NCBI RefSeq assembly: GCF_001194135.2
Contig: NC_068982.1
Span: forward strand, 55,663,070-55,727,069
Direction of reading: 5' to 3'
DNA length: 64,000 nt
From: Octopus bimaculoides
Lineage: Eukaryota
The translations under genes were made by a program, and so were the position numbers. Shown in pieces: positions 35,090 through 47,825 of this stretch (the first letter of the stretch is position 1; every line of letters starts with the position of its first letter). The notes beneath the pieces were generated by a model. It made no database searches. It saw only the letters and a program-made list of their open reading frames with translations, and was not told the DNA's origin.

Positions 35090-35310
35090 AAGAGGCATAG
35101 AAGTGTTACTATGAGAGGCTGATGAATGTGGAGAATGCATAGGATAGAAGGAGTCTACTCAAAGAGATTCCAGCAAATCCATGTCGACCACGTTACAGCG
35201 GATAAAGGGATTAAGAATATGAAAATAGGGAAAGCAGCTTGTCCATTAGGGATAGTTGCTGTGATACGTAAAATATCTGATGAAGTAGGGCAGTAGCTTA
35301 TGGGACCACA
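35090..35310 (+). mobile_element. RTE LINE fragment (start of RT domain)
   Basis: DKGIKNMKIGKAACPLGIVAVIRKISDEVG resembles the RTE motif AIkxMKxGKAxGPxGIxAE. Confidence 0.55.
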
Positions 35311-36078
35311 TCTCTCTTGTGTTTTAAGATATAAATTCCCTTTACATCAATGAGTTTCTTTCAAGTGTCCAAAGTTTTAAACGGGTTGCCTTTACTGAAG
35401 TTAAAAAAAAAAGCTCTCTTTTTACTGGTATAGTGACTGGAAGTAAACAGGCACTAGAAAGCTTTAAAATGTCATTTCTTTAGCAAGAAGGAGACTTTAG
35501 CTGTGAACTAGGTTGCCTAGCAGCAAAAATAGAAGGGTGGGTGTTTTTGAACTTTAACACATAATGAAATGCCAAAATCATGAAGGTCATTATATTCATA
35601 GAACCTTAGGAAAAATAAAGAGATTTTAAAGGTAAAAATTGCTACAGATTTTAACATATGAATAAACAACTATTTGATTAGAAAGGAATGATGGAAAGTT
35701 TATTTTTTTCATACAATGATTTAGTTGTGGACTGCTTTTGTAGTTATGAGAACAGAGAAGGAGAGAGAGAGAGGGAGAGAGAAGACTGAGTGTCATCTAC
35801 CATAGTGTAACCTTTAACCTTTAAGCTTGTAGGGGAGTCAGTTGTGTTGCAGGCTCTTCATATCTAGGAGGTCTGGTTATTGCATGTTTGAATGGTATTT
35901 GACATGACTGTGTTCTGTTCTTGCTGCTTGTCAGTTAAATTTCAGTGATCTGGTCTGTTTTCTTTCACTTTATATTGGGACAGGTTGATTATCATCAATA
36001 AGTTTGATCGTTCAAATCAAAAAATGACGTTATCAAGTGAATTCATAAAACTTAACGATCATTTAGTTTATATATGTA

Positions 36079-36120
<42 letters not shown>

Positions 36121-36989
36121 AAAAAAAAATGAGTCTCAGGTTCAAATTGAAGCAGAGATATTCTACAGGATTAACTAAAAAGATTGACTCATCTGTGCAA
36201 TATCTGAATACATGTGTGTGTGTATACACATATGCATGCATGTATGTATGTATACACAACACACACACACACACACATATATATATGCACAGGTATGTAT
36301 AAATACATGTACACACCTATGTATATGTCTGCATATGTAAATATACATGTGGCTGTGTGTGTAAATCCATATATATATTGTATTTGTGTAGGCACCCATG
36401 CCAGTCACACGTAAGACTCTGTGAAGTGGTTGGCATTAAGAAGGGCATCCAGCCATAGAAACCAAACCAAAACAGACTGGAACCTGGTACAACTCTCTGG
36501 CTTACCAGCTCCAGTCAAACCATCTTATCCATGCCAGCATGGAAAACAGATGCTAAATGATGATGATAGTGATGTGTATGTGTGTGTGTATTAGTGAATA
36601 ATTGGAAGCATGAACCTCACTTATGATTCTAGTTATACCAGCTCTCAATATGATAAATATATATATATATGTATGAATGTGGTCAAGCAGTTTACTTCAA
36701 AATCACATGGTTTCACATTTGGACCTGTTGTGTGTCACATCATCTTTAATCTTAGGTTTGCCAATACATTTTGAGTAGAATACGGTAAATGGAAATCACA
36801 GAAAGCATTATTGCTTATAATTAGGAATGGGATTAACCTGGGTGAGATGTAGTTTTGCTTTATGTCAGGAATTGTTACCTCTAGTGCTATATTCCTAGCA
36901 AGACAACCGCAAGAGAAGTACTTAGCTAGGAATAAGTCCCTGTACCTACCATTCATTAACCTGCGCGAGGCCTCACTCTGTTATCTGGT

Positions 36990-38200
36990 GTTTTTAGGGT
37001 AGACAAATGACTAGTAAAGGCTGTTCAAGTTCTAGCAAGGTTAGAGTTAGCAATGAGTTCAGCAATGAATTTAACATGCAGGAAAGAGTTCAACATGGTT
37101 CAGTCCTTAGCCTTCTCCTGTTTATTGTAATTCTCCAAGCCATTACAGGGGAGTTTAAGATCAAATCTCTGCGGGAACTCCTGTATGTTGATGACCTAGT
37201 TGTTATAGCAGAATCTGTGGAAGATTTGGGGAAGAAATTCCTGATGTTGAAACAAATTAGAATTGAAAGGTCTTAAAGTAGACTTAGCAATGACTAAAAT
37301 TTTAGTAAATCTGAAAGTAGTTACAACCCTGCTATCATCAGGAAAGTGGTTGTTCTTGTTACGCAGAAAGGAAGTAGGTAGAAATTTCTTGTATTGTGTC
37401 CAATGTAAACAATGGAGGCACAAGAGGGATGTGGTGGGATCACAGTTAGTGTAATAGAAAAGGTAGAGTTTATATGCAGCAGATGCATGAGTGCAGTAAA
37501 GACTGAGCATATGGGTAATACATTCTTTCAAAGGGCTGAAGGATTCCTAGAAGTACTTCATAGCTTCTGTTTGCTAGACAATCTAATTAGCAGTTAGAAT
37601 GAGTATAATTTTTGCAATTACAGGAAAAAATTCTGGACTTATTTCAGTCTTATTCTGACCTCATTAGTGATGAATGGCTTTTACCATTCCTGCTCAAGTT
37701 GTTTGCACTCCGTCGCTTACGACGTCGAGGGTTCCAGTTGATCCAATCAACGGAACAGCCTGCTCGTGAAATTAACGTGCAAGTGGCTGAGCACTCCACA
37801 GACACGTGTACCCTTAACGTAGTTCTCGGGGAGATTCAACATGACACAGTGTGACAAGGCTGACCCTTTGAATTACAGGCACAACAGAAACAGGAAGTAA
37901 GAGTGAGAGAAAGTTGTGGTGAAAGAGTACAGCAGGGTTCGCCACCATCTCCTGCGGGAGCCTCGTGGAGCTTTAGGTGTTTTCGCTCAATAAACACTCA
38001 CAACACCCGGTCTGGGAATCGAAACCGCAATCTTATGACCGCGAGTCCGCTGCCCTAACCACTGGGCCATTGCACCTCCACTCTTGCTCAAGTAATAATT
38101 TGCAAAATCACAAAGTAAATTTGAAAGATTGTACATTGGTTGGTGTAGGAGAATAGAACTGCTTAGTGCAATAACTCAGATAAACACAAACTGCTTGAAA
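36990..38200 (+). mobile_element. RTE LINE RT fragment, interrupted by the SINE at 37700-38081
   Basis: SSKVRVSNEFSNEFNMQERVQHGSVLSLLLFIVILQAI...ELLYVDDLVVIAES (relics of QGSVLSP and YADD) followed by KGLKVDLAMTKILV. Confidence 0.85.
37700..38081 (-). mobile_element. Young full-length tRNA-derived SINE family D with TSD
   Basis: Minus-strand head ggtgcaatggcccagtggttagggcagcggactcgcggtcataagattgcggtttcgattcccagacc has intact A and B boxes. TSD tc(c/t)tgctcaagt at 37688-37699 and 38082-38093. CpGs retained. Confidence 0.9.
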
Positions 38201-38544
38201 AATAGTGGGACATATTAGTTGATATATTAGTTAGAAGTCCTTCTACAATGTAACTACAACAGCAAGACACATTCATGTGAAATAGGAATGTTATTTGTGT
38301 GCATTCTTTTAATTCTATTTGCAAAAAGAAAAGAATTTTATTTCATATTTTGTGGCATTTAATCAGTTGTTAATGATGTCTTGTTGAAACATTTTTCTGA
38401 GTTATTTTTGTAATTTTTTATTTTATATTTTTATATTAGGATTCAAATATATTTCAAGATTTTGAAATATAGAAATATGCAATATCTTTCAAGTATTTTT
38501 ACTATTAATGACGCCTAGGTTTTTCAGAAAATATACTTTAAGTC

Positions 38545-38940
38545 TTGGCTGTGTGGTTAAGAAGTTTGCTTCCCAACCACTTGCTTTTGGGTTCAGTCAC
38601 ATTGTGAGGCACTTTGAGCAAGTATATTCTACTATACACTTAGCTGACTAAATTCTTTGTGAGTGGATTTGATTGATATACAGACATATGTACTCACACA
38701 CACATACACATATGTGGAGGCTCATGGCTTAGTGGACTCATAAGTGCAAGATTGTGGTTTCAGTTCCAGGACTGGGTGATGATTTGTGTTCTTGAGCAAA
38801 ACACTTCATTTCATGTCGCACCAGTCCACTCAGCTGGCAGAAATGAGTAATCCTGCGACTAACTAGCATCCTATCCAGTGCAGATGTATGCACCAAGGAA
38901 ACTGAAAAGATGTCCCTATGAGTCTATATATGACTCTGAA
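38545..38940 (+). mobile_element. SINE B head (38545-38700) plus SINE D-related variant (38715-38940); similar D variant at 63085-63370
   Basis: Homology to the family B and D heads (tggcttagtgg...ttcttgagcaaaacacttcatttca...cagtccactcagctg). Confidence 0.7.
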
Positions 38941-38967
38941 AGGATCTTTATTATTATATTTATTATT

Positions 38968-39027
<60 letters not shown>

Positions 39028-39552
39028 AGTAAGGCATGTGTAAAATTTGAATGAAATTGTTTGTGTAGTTCTGGGGTTTTAGNNNNNNNNNNNNNNNNNN
39101 NNNNNNNNNNNNNNNNNNNNNNNNNNNNNNNNNNNNNNNNNNNNNNNNNNNNNNNNNNNNNNNNNNNNNNNNNNNNNNNNNNNNNNNNNNNNNNNNNNNN
39201 NNNNNNNNNNNNNNNNNNNNNNNNNNNNNNNNNNNNNNNNNNNNNNNNNNNNNNNNNNNNNNNNNNNNNNNNNNNNNNNNNNNNNNNNNNNNNNNNNNNN
39301 NNNNNNNNNNNNNNNNNNNNNNNNNNNNNNNNNNNNNNNNNNNNNNNNNNNNNNNNNNNNNNNNNNNNNNNNNNNNNNNNNNNNNNNNNNNNNNNNNNNN
39401 NNNNNNNNNNNNNNNNNNNNNNNNNNNNNNNNNNNNNNNNNNNNNNNNNNNNNNNNNNNNNNNNNNNNNNNNNNNNNNNNNNNNNNNNNNNNNNNNNNNN
39501 NNNNNNNNNNNNNNNNNNNNNNNNNNNNNNNNNNNNNNNNNNNNNNNNNNNN

Positions 39553-39587
<35 letters not shown>

Positions 39588-39589
39588 CA

Positions 39590-40040
39590 CCTCATCATCA
39601 TCATCGTTTAACATCTGTTTTCCATGCTGGCGTGGGTTGGACGGTTTGACTGGAGACTGGCAAACCACGTGGTTGCACCAGGCTCCAATCTCATCTGGCA
39701 ATGTTTCTACAGCTGGATACCCTTCTTAATGCCAACCACTCCTAGAGTGTAGTGGGCGCCTTTTACGTGCCACTGGCACGGGAGCCAGTCAAGTGGTACT
39801 GCATCGGCCATGTTCGGATGGTGCTTTTTACACACTACCGGCACAAGAGCCAGTTGAGACATTGGGGCTGGCATCGGCCACATTCGGATGGTGTATTTTA
39901 TGTGCCACCAGCACTGGGAGCCAGTCAAGTGACTCTGGCAGTGACCCATGCATGGCCGAATGGTGCTTACTGTGTGCCACCAGCACTGGTAACCACCACA
40001 ACTACAATTTCCATTTGATTGTGATTTGATTTGATTTTGA
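39590..40040 (-). mobile_element. Family C retroelement with ~60-bp internal tandem units
   Basis: catcatcatcgtttaacatctgttttccatgctggc...ggataccttcttaatgccaaccact, followed by repeated gtgccac..gcac..gagccagtc units. Confidence 0.8.
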
Positions 40041-40083
40041 TTTACTTGACTCAATAGGTCTCCTCAATACATACACATATATA

Positions 40084-41060
40084 CAGGGTGTGTAAGATAT
40101 TTGAAGACAGATTTATGTTTATAAATAAATAGATATATAATAATAGATAATAACTTTATTTCTCAAAAAAATGCTATGAGGATAAAAATAAACCTTCTTT
40201 TCTATAATGTTATTCAATAAAGCCACATTCAGCTGCAACAACTGCTTCTATATGAGATCTAAATCACCTACATCCTCGAATCAAGTGGTCCTGGTTCATT
40301 TTGGACATTACTCTGACCATGGCAGCTTTCAAAGAATCTTTGGTGTAATGGGCGTGTTCATTGACCTCTCTCTCAACAATGCTCCACATGTAATTGTCCA
40401 ATGGATTGAGATCTGGGGAATTAGGAGGCGAAATGTTAAGGGTTATGTGATCATGAAAATGTTCAGCCATCCATTCCTGTGTTACTAGAGCTATGTGTGA
40501 TAGTGCAGAGTCCTACTGAAACACATATGGCCTTCCATTGCATACACTGTCTATCCAGGGCTTAACAATTGTTCCCAGAACCTCAATGTAGGTGGCAGAG
40601 TTAACTCTAAGGACTTGTGGAAAGAAGTAAGGAGGCATCACATGTCCTTCATTGCTGACAACCCCTAAAACCATGACAGTTGCAGGAAATTTTGTATGCA
40701 TAACACTTGGAACTTCAGAAGGGTCTGCACATAACCATCTGTCATTTCTTCTGTTAACTTTTTGATCTTGGTTGAAGTTTTTCTTGCTTGAGAAAAACCA
40801 AATCAGATCTTTTTAATCTCTACAATTGTTTCCACACAATGTTTTTCTCTAAAAATACAGGTATTTGATTATGCAACTGTTTGTTTGCATAATGAGATCT
40901 TCGACTACAAGGCCATCCTATCTGTCCATCTTGTTTTAAATTTAGCAGTTGTTGGTAAATTCATGTTGTTTACTGCCAGAGTGCATTTGGTGCACTGCTA
41001 TGACTGGTAGTGGATGTCTATTTTGGTAGTGGCTGATTACTGACCTGTTCTTCATTAGCT
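40084..41060 (-). mobile_element. DD37D (maT) Tc1/mariner derivative with transposase remnant
   Basis: HTKFPATVMVLGVVSNEGHVMPP...RPYVFQ*DSALSHIALVTQEWMAEHFHDHITLNISPPNSPDLNPLDNY has 37 residues between the last two D. TA+cagggtg at one end; the other end is degraded. Confidence 0.9.
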
Positions 41061-41349
41061 GACCATCAGTATTCAGTAGTCAGATATATACATACATACA
41101 CACTCACACACAGATACTCATACATGCCCTCCCACACACAAACTTATGTATATATGCCTATATACATGCACATGCTCATATATACATTCATACACATACA
41201 TTCACATACATACGTGTATACACATCCATACATTTATGCATATATACATACATATATAAACATATGCATGCATATATACATACACTGATCAACTTATGCA
41301 CCTATATATACACCCTCTCACATATGTGGGAATACACATATGTATATAT

Positions 41350-41670
41350 TAAAGGAGCACTCCATCAGTTACGACAATGAGGGTCCCAGCTGATACAATC
41401 TATGGAACAGCTTGCTTGTGAAATTTTCATACAGGTGGCTGAGTGCTCCACAGACAGGTGTACCCTCAACGTCGTTTTCAGGGAGATTAAGGCATCACAC
41501 AAATTGCGACAAGGCTGGCTCTTTGAAATACAGATACTACTCATTTTTGCCAGCTGAGTGAACTGGAGCGATGTGAAATAAAGAGTCTTGCTCAAGGACA
41601 CAACATGTCGCTGAGAATTGAACCTACGACCTTACAATTGTGTGCCAAATGTCCTAACCACTAAGCCTCC
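41350..41670 (-). mobile_element. SINE family D
   Basis: ggagcactccatcagttacgac...gagggtcccagctgat...tgagtgctccacagac...cctaaccactaagcc. Confidence 0.85.
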
Positions 41671-42221
41671 ACACACACATTTATGTATGTAGATATACAT
41701 ATATGTATATGTATGTATGTATGTATGTATGTATATGTAATTATATATAAGTATATATAATTCAGACAGTATTATGTTTGATAGCATAAGGTAATAGGTA
41801 CATGCCATTAGTACTCAGGTTGCCTGTTTATACCTTTATTCTGTTATTTGTCTGTCTGTCTGTCTGTCTTATATTATATGTATGTGTGTGTTTGTGTCAC
41901 CTTGTTTTGGTATTGCACAATAATTTCAAGCAAATGTTGCCATCATTCAACTGTTCCATAGAAACATGTCTGACCACGAGGAAATATTAACCTGATTGGA
42001 AACAGGTGTGGTTGAGGTTGGTGTCTGGAAGATACATCTGGCCATACATAATCTGCCTCAAGAAATTCTGTCCAACTCATGCAAGTATAGAAAAATGAAC
42101 GTTTACCAAAAAAAAAAAAAAACAGTGTTAAACATAATGTAAGATGTTGAACTTGAAGCTAGCTCAGTACTATGTTATATAAGTGGAACTACAGTAGTAT
42201 CATTGATATTATATCCTCTGG

Positions 42222-42445
42222 TAAGGCAGTGAGCTAGCAGAATCATTAGCACAGCGGGCAAAATACTCAGCGGCATTTCGTCCATCTTCATGTTCTGAGT
42301 TCAAATTCTGCTGAGGTTGACTTTACCTTTCATCCTTTCGGGGTTGATAAAATAAGTACCAGCTGAATACTAGGGTTGATGTAATCGACTTTCCCACTTC
42401 TTTGAAATTGCTGGCCTTGTGCCAAAATTTGAAATCAGTATTATG
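42222..42445 (+). mobile_element. SINE family A; further single copies at 52672-52869 (-), 53768-53985 (+), 56690-56902 (-) and 57858-58080 (+)
   Basis: Family A consensus. Confidence 0.88.
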
Positions 42446-42719
42446 TCCTCTGGTCAAAACTAATTTTTGTTAGTAATGCTTTCTTCTACTTTTGTTTGCC
42501 TTTTTTGCTATACCCTATGCGTTGCTATTAAGGGCTGCTGATTTCTTTCTTATTCTTGTCACCCCAGCATGTACTGAATGGGTTTACTGCTTAGTGCTGC
42601 TAGGCAAGAATGAGAAATAGTGTTGTGAAGACCAAGACATTGTCCTCTCAAGAAAGTCTTCTTGGTACACTCTACATATTAGTAGAATATCACTGTCCTA
42701 TTCCCAACTCTTTTCAATT

Positions 42720-43545
42720 TTGTCCTCTTGACTTTGCCAACAACATTACCATCCTAGGGGAGTCCTATGGTGACATCCAATATGCTCTTGTTGGGCTAAG
42801 CCTCACTGCCACACGAGTTGGAATGAAGATCAATGCCTTGGAAATGAAGGTCCTCTCAGCCAACATATGTTCCTCCTCCAGGGCACTAGTGATCTTGATG
42901 GAGAGGCTGTGGAAGAGGTTAAGGAGTTCAAATATCTCTGATCCACCTTTACTGCCACTGGTAAATCATGTAAAGTCGGTCTTCTGCCACTTCCACAAGT
43001 GCTTGTAGCCACATTGGGAAATCCGCCTTGTGATGAAATACCGTATTTACCAGGCGCTTGTCTGAATGGTTCTTCTTTATTCATGATGCTGATCTCCAGA
43101 AGCTGGAGGCCTTTGATCACTTCTGTATTCATTGTCTTCTCCAATTGCATATCTCAGACTGCATTTTGAACTGACAACTTTACATTTACTGTGGTCTCTC
43201 ACTTCTTGAAGGAACTCTTTTGACAAGGAGGCTACCGTGGTTTGGTCATGTGTTGTGGTGCACCCATAATAAACTCATCTAGAAGGTGACCAGATCTTCC
43301 CCTGGGTTGGCATAAGCAGAGAGTTGTCAGCTGAAGACATGGCTCACAACAGTCAAAGCAGATATGGAGCTTGTTTCCAGCCCTTGAGTCTTTAGCATTC
43401 ATTGCTGGAATTGGGAAATTGCTGCAACACACTGCAGAATCGGCTGCCAACAGATGTGCATGAACTACTTTGACCCACAGCACACTGAACTCAGTAGGAG
43501 CCAACTTAACCCCTCCCAGGTGAATGCTGTTACAAGACAAGAGAA
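42720..43545 (+). mobile_element. RTE LINE 3' fragment (end of RT to C-terminus)
   Basis: DFANNITILGES...RVGMKINALEMKVLS (an FADD relic), DLQKLEAFDHFCIHCLL, TRRLPWFGHVL and CQLKTWLTTVKADME. Ends ttacaagacaag. Confidence 0.8.
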
Positions 43546-43559
43546 CATCACTGAGACAA

Positions 43560-44195
43560 GTGGAGAAGTATTAGTATTTTGGGGCAGTAGTCATAAGCGA
43601 AGGAAGTCAGGAGGCTGAAATGGATGCCAGAATTCTGGTGCTGGTACAATAATGTGCCAGGTCCAGCAATCAATCCTCAGTGGAGGAGAGGTTAGTAAAA
43701 ATGCCAAACTCACTATTTTCTGTTCTGTTTCCGTGCTTACCTACACATATGGTCATAAGTGTTGGGTAATGACCAAGAGTACAATCACAAATACAAGTGG
43801 CTGAAATGGAGTTCCTCTAGAGGATCTCTGGATTAACATTACTTGATAGGGTGTATAGCTCAGAGATCAAAGAGTTTCTCCAGGTTGAACTGCTACTTCT
43901 CCACATTGAGAGGTCACAACCCCGGTACTAGAGATGTGATTAGAATGTTGCAGGAAAGAATTGCAAGACAGAGTCTTCAAGTCAAGTTAACTGGCAGGAG
44001 ACCTAGGGGTAGATCAAAAACGAAATGGTTGAATAATATCCATAGTCTCAGTTAGTCATGCTTGGATATCCAGCTGGAGACTATAATGTTTGTTTCTGAT
44101 AGGACCTTATGGAGAGGTACCTGAGGACCCTACCCCCATCACCCTCCCAGGAACAGTGGGCAGAGAAAATGACTGGCTGGTTGGATGAATTCTAA
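43560..44195 (+). mobile_element. Second RTE-clade (Rex3/Expander-like) LINE 3' fragment
   Basis: Across frames: SEGSQEAEMDARI...LTYTYGHKCWVMT...VAEMEFL*RISGLTLLDRVYSSEIKEFLQVELLLLHIERSQ...RMLQERIARQ...TGRRPRGRSKTKWL. Confidence 0.8.
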
Positions 44196-45764
44196 TTAAG
44201 CTTTCACATTTGTGCACTTTATCAGAAACTGGTACTTTTCTATAACATCTGCATAGACATTGTATTAGGATTGCCAAGTTTTTTTTACACATGCCTTATT
44301 TATTTTGTTAATCTTTTTACATATGGGGGTTGTGTTCTAATTGACTTACAGTATCTGGTGTTTATAGACCAGACTAAAATATTGGGTAACATTTCTTTGT
44401 TACTTAGTCTCAGCTTACTGAAACCATTTACTATTTCAATCTGCAAAGTCAAAGTCACCTTGATAATTATTCTCTATTCTGCTTGTTTTTATTTTACATT
44501 TGCAGCACATTTAAGCTATTGCTGTAACTTATAGAAATTCCTCACAGAATTATAAATGGGTTTGATTATATCTGTTTCTGTGATCTTTTCTCACTTGCTA
44601 TTTGATGATCATTTAACCAAGTTTAAATCATTTCCAATATTCTATTTCTGTTCTGTACCCTGTGTATTTAGTGTAAAAGTAAGCACTGATTCAGCTAAGT
44701 TGTACACACAGAGGCATAAATATTCTATTGTTTACATTTCATTGCACTAGGGTAGTTCTCTCCCTTATCAAAACTAGGTATCAGTGGTGGAAAAAGCTAT
44801 AATAGTAAACTGAGTCTTATTTAATGACAACGTGTTCCTTGTTTTTTCTAGCCATTACCATCTGTTTCTAGTTGCAAGTAAAAGAACGGAGTCATATATA
44901 TATATATATATATATATATANNNNNNNNNNNNNNNNNNNNNNNNNNNNNNNNNNNNNNNNNNNNNNNNNNNNNNNNNNNNNNNNNNNNNNNNNNNNNNNN
45001 NNNNNNNNNNNNNNNNNNNNNNNNNNNNNNNNNNNNNNNNNNNNNNNNNNNNNNNNNNNNNNNNNNNNNNNNNNNNNNNNNNNNNNNNNNNNNNNNNNNN
45101 NNNNNNNNNNNNNNNNNNNNNNNNNNNNNNNNNNNNNNNNNNNNNNNNNNNNNNNNNNNNNNNNNNNNNNNNNNNNNNNNNNNNNNNNNNNNNNNNNNNN
45201 NNNNNNNNNNNNNNNNNNNNNNNNNNNNNNNNNNNNNNNNNNNNNNNNNNNNNNNNNNNNNNNNNNNNNNNNNNNNNNNNNNNNNNNNNNNNNNNNNNNN
45301 NNNNNNNNNNNNNNNNNNNNNNNNNNNNNNNNNNNNNNNNNNNNNNNNNNNNNNNNNNNNNNNNNNNNNNNNNNNNNNNNNNNNNNNNNNNNNNNNNNNN
45401 NNNNNNNNNNNNNNNNNNNNNNNNNNNNNNNNNNNNNNNNNNNNNNNNNNNNNNNNNNNNNNNNNNNNNNNNNNNNNNNNNNNNNNNNNNNNNNNNNNNN
45501 NNNNNNNNNNNNNNNNNNNNNNNNNNNNNNNNNNNNNNNNNNNNNNNNNNNNNNNNNNNNNNNNNNNNNNNNNNNNNNNNNNNNNNNNNNNNNNNNNNNN
45601 NNNNNNNNNNNNNNNNNNNNNNNNNNNNNNNNNNNNNNNNNNNNNNNNNNNNNNNNNNNNNNNNNNNNNNNNNNNNNNNNNNNNNNNNNNNNNNNNNNNN
45701 NNNNNNNNNNNNNNNNNNNNNNNNNNNNNNNNNNNNNNNNNNNNNNNNNNNNNNNNNNNNNNNG

Positions 45765-46105
45765 CTTTCTGAACCTTATGAAAGAGATGACAGAGGACCA
45801 AGATATGTGGCGCATTGCTACACTTGAAAAGACCCACCCACCACAACAGAATTGAGATCCTAAAACCATGGTGCTATGTAAAAAGCACTGGTGCTGGTGC
45901 CATGTAGAAAGCACTGGTGATGGTGCTGCATAAAAAGCACCCAGTATACTTTGTAAAGTGGTTGGCATTAGGAAGAGCACCCAGCCATGGAAACCGAGCT
46001 AAAACAGATTATGGAACCTGGTGTGACCCCTGACATTCCCAGTTCCTGTCAAGCCATCCAACCCATGCCAGCATGGAAAACAGATGTTAAATGATGATGA
46101 TGATG
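45765..46105 (+). mobile_element. LINE 3' end: ORF2 C-terminus fused to the family C tail
   Basis: LNLMKEMTEDQDMWRIATLEKTHPPQQN* (RTE-like terminal D..WR motif) runs directly into ~25-bp tandem units, ggttggcattaggaagagcacccagcc and a (GAT)n tail. Confidence 0.75.
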
Positions 46106-46399
46106 TTAATTGCATACATCTTGTTAGAAATTTATTGAAAATTTCATTAAATATCTTACCATATTTTCTAGTATTCAAGTCAAATTTTTCAGACCAAAAT
46201 TTACAGCCAAAAATGGTAGATCAACTCATACATTAAGGTGACTTTAGAGGGCAAAGATTCCATGTGAAATGCTGCAGGATTTGGAAAGATAGTGACAATG
46301 CTTGCATGTTTACACTATATACTGTATGAACTTGTTTGCTGGAAATTACAGTATGTCATTTCTGATGGAAACAACAGTTAAATACATTCAAGCTGCACA

Positions 46400-47825
46400 T
46401 TATTGATTTAGTTTTTATCATCCTGGTGTTGATAAAATAATTACCAGTCAAATCTTAGGTCAATATAATCAACTATTTCTCCTCCAAATTTCTGGTCTTT
46501 TGTTTGTTGGTGGAATTGTTAATGCTTTGTGAAATATGATTTGCAATATTTGATCCATGTCTTTACACTCTGAGTTCGAAGTTCACTGAGATCAGCTTGG
46601 GGGGTTTTCTCTCAGATCAAAAACTAATTAATGCTGTCATTTACTAAGTTCAATTTGATTGACTAATTCTTTCCCACAAAATTCAGGCATTGTGTCTATA
46701 TTAGAAACCATTTTTATTATTATTACTATTGTTAAGGTGACAAGCTGGCAGAATCATTATCACACTGGACTAAATGCTTAACAGTATTTTGTCTGTCTTT
46801 ATGTTCTGAGTTCAAATTCTGCTGGTCAACTTCACCTTTCATCCTTTTGGAGTCAATAAAATAAGTACCAGTTTTGCACTGGGTTGATGTAATCAGCTTA
46901 GCTCCTCCCCCCAAACTACTGGCCTTGTGCCAAAATTTGAAACCATTATTATTACTATTGTTAAGGCAGTGAGCTGGGTAGAATCATTAGTACTCCTGGC
47001 AAAATGCTAAGTAGCATTCTGTCTGTTTTTACATTCTAAGTTCAAATTCTACCAAGGTTGACTTTGTCTTTCATCCTTTTGGGCTTGATAAAATAAGTAC
47101 CAGTTGAACACTGGGGTTGATGTAATTGACTTATCCCTTCTCCCACAATTACTGGTCATGTGCCAAAGTTTGAAATCATCAAGCAGCAAGCTGGCAGAAT
47201 CATTAACATGCCGGGTAAAATGTTTAGTGGCATTTTGTCTGTCTCTACATTCTAAGTTCAAATTCTGCTGAGGTCAGCTTTACCCTTCATCCTTTTGGGG
47301 TCAATAAATTAAGTACTAGTGAAACACTGGGGTCAGTGTNNNNNNNNNNNNNNNNNNNNNNNNNNNNATTTCAGGCCTTGTGCCTATAGTAGAAACGATT
47401 ATTATTATGTCAGAATTATTAGCACACTGGGAAAATGCTTAGTGGCACTTCTGTCATTATGTTCTGAGTTCAAATTCCACAATTCGACTTTGTTTTTCAT
47501 CCTTTTGGGGTCCATAAAATATGTACCAGTCAAGTTAATGCAATTGACTTCCCCCTCCTCTCAAAAAACTTGCTCTTGTGCCAAAATTTGAAACCACTAA
47601 AATTACTATTGTTGTTGTTGTTTTTAAGGCAGTTTTTTGGCCCATTCAGTTTTATTTGCTTTCCTTTACGTTCCAAGATCTAGTTCTGTTGAGGTTGATT
47701 TTACCTTTCATCTTTTTGGGGTTTGATGAAAATAAGTATTAGTCAAGTACTGGAGATCATGTAATCAACTGTTTCCTTGCCCAAAATTTATGGCTTTGTA
47801 CCCATGTTAAAAATCATTATTATCA
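46400..47825 (+). mobile_element. Head-to-tail array of ~6-7 SINE family A copies
   Basis: Heads at ~46733, 46963, 47185, 47410 and 47625, plus degenerate pieces at 46400-46720. Most junctions lie in (ATT)n tails. Confidence 0.85.

Noticed and set aside
38010-38080. tRNA gene
   Set aside because: The tRNA-like head continues into a SINE body with a TSD and has sister copies; no complete cloverleaf.
42830-43540. Minus-strand ORFs of 106 and 102 aa
   Set aside because: Shadows of the + strand RTE LINE fragment.
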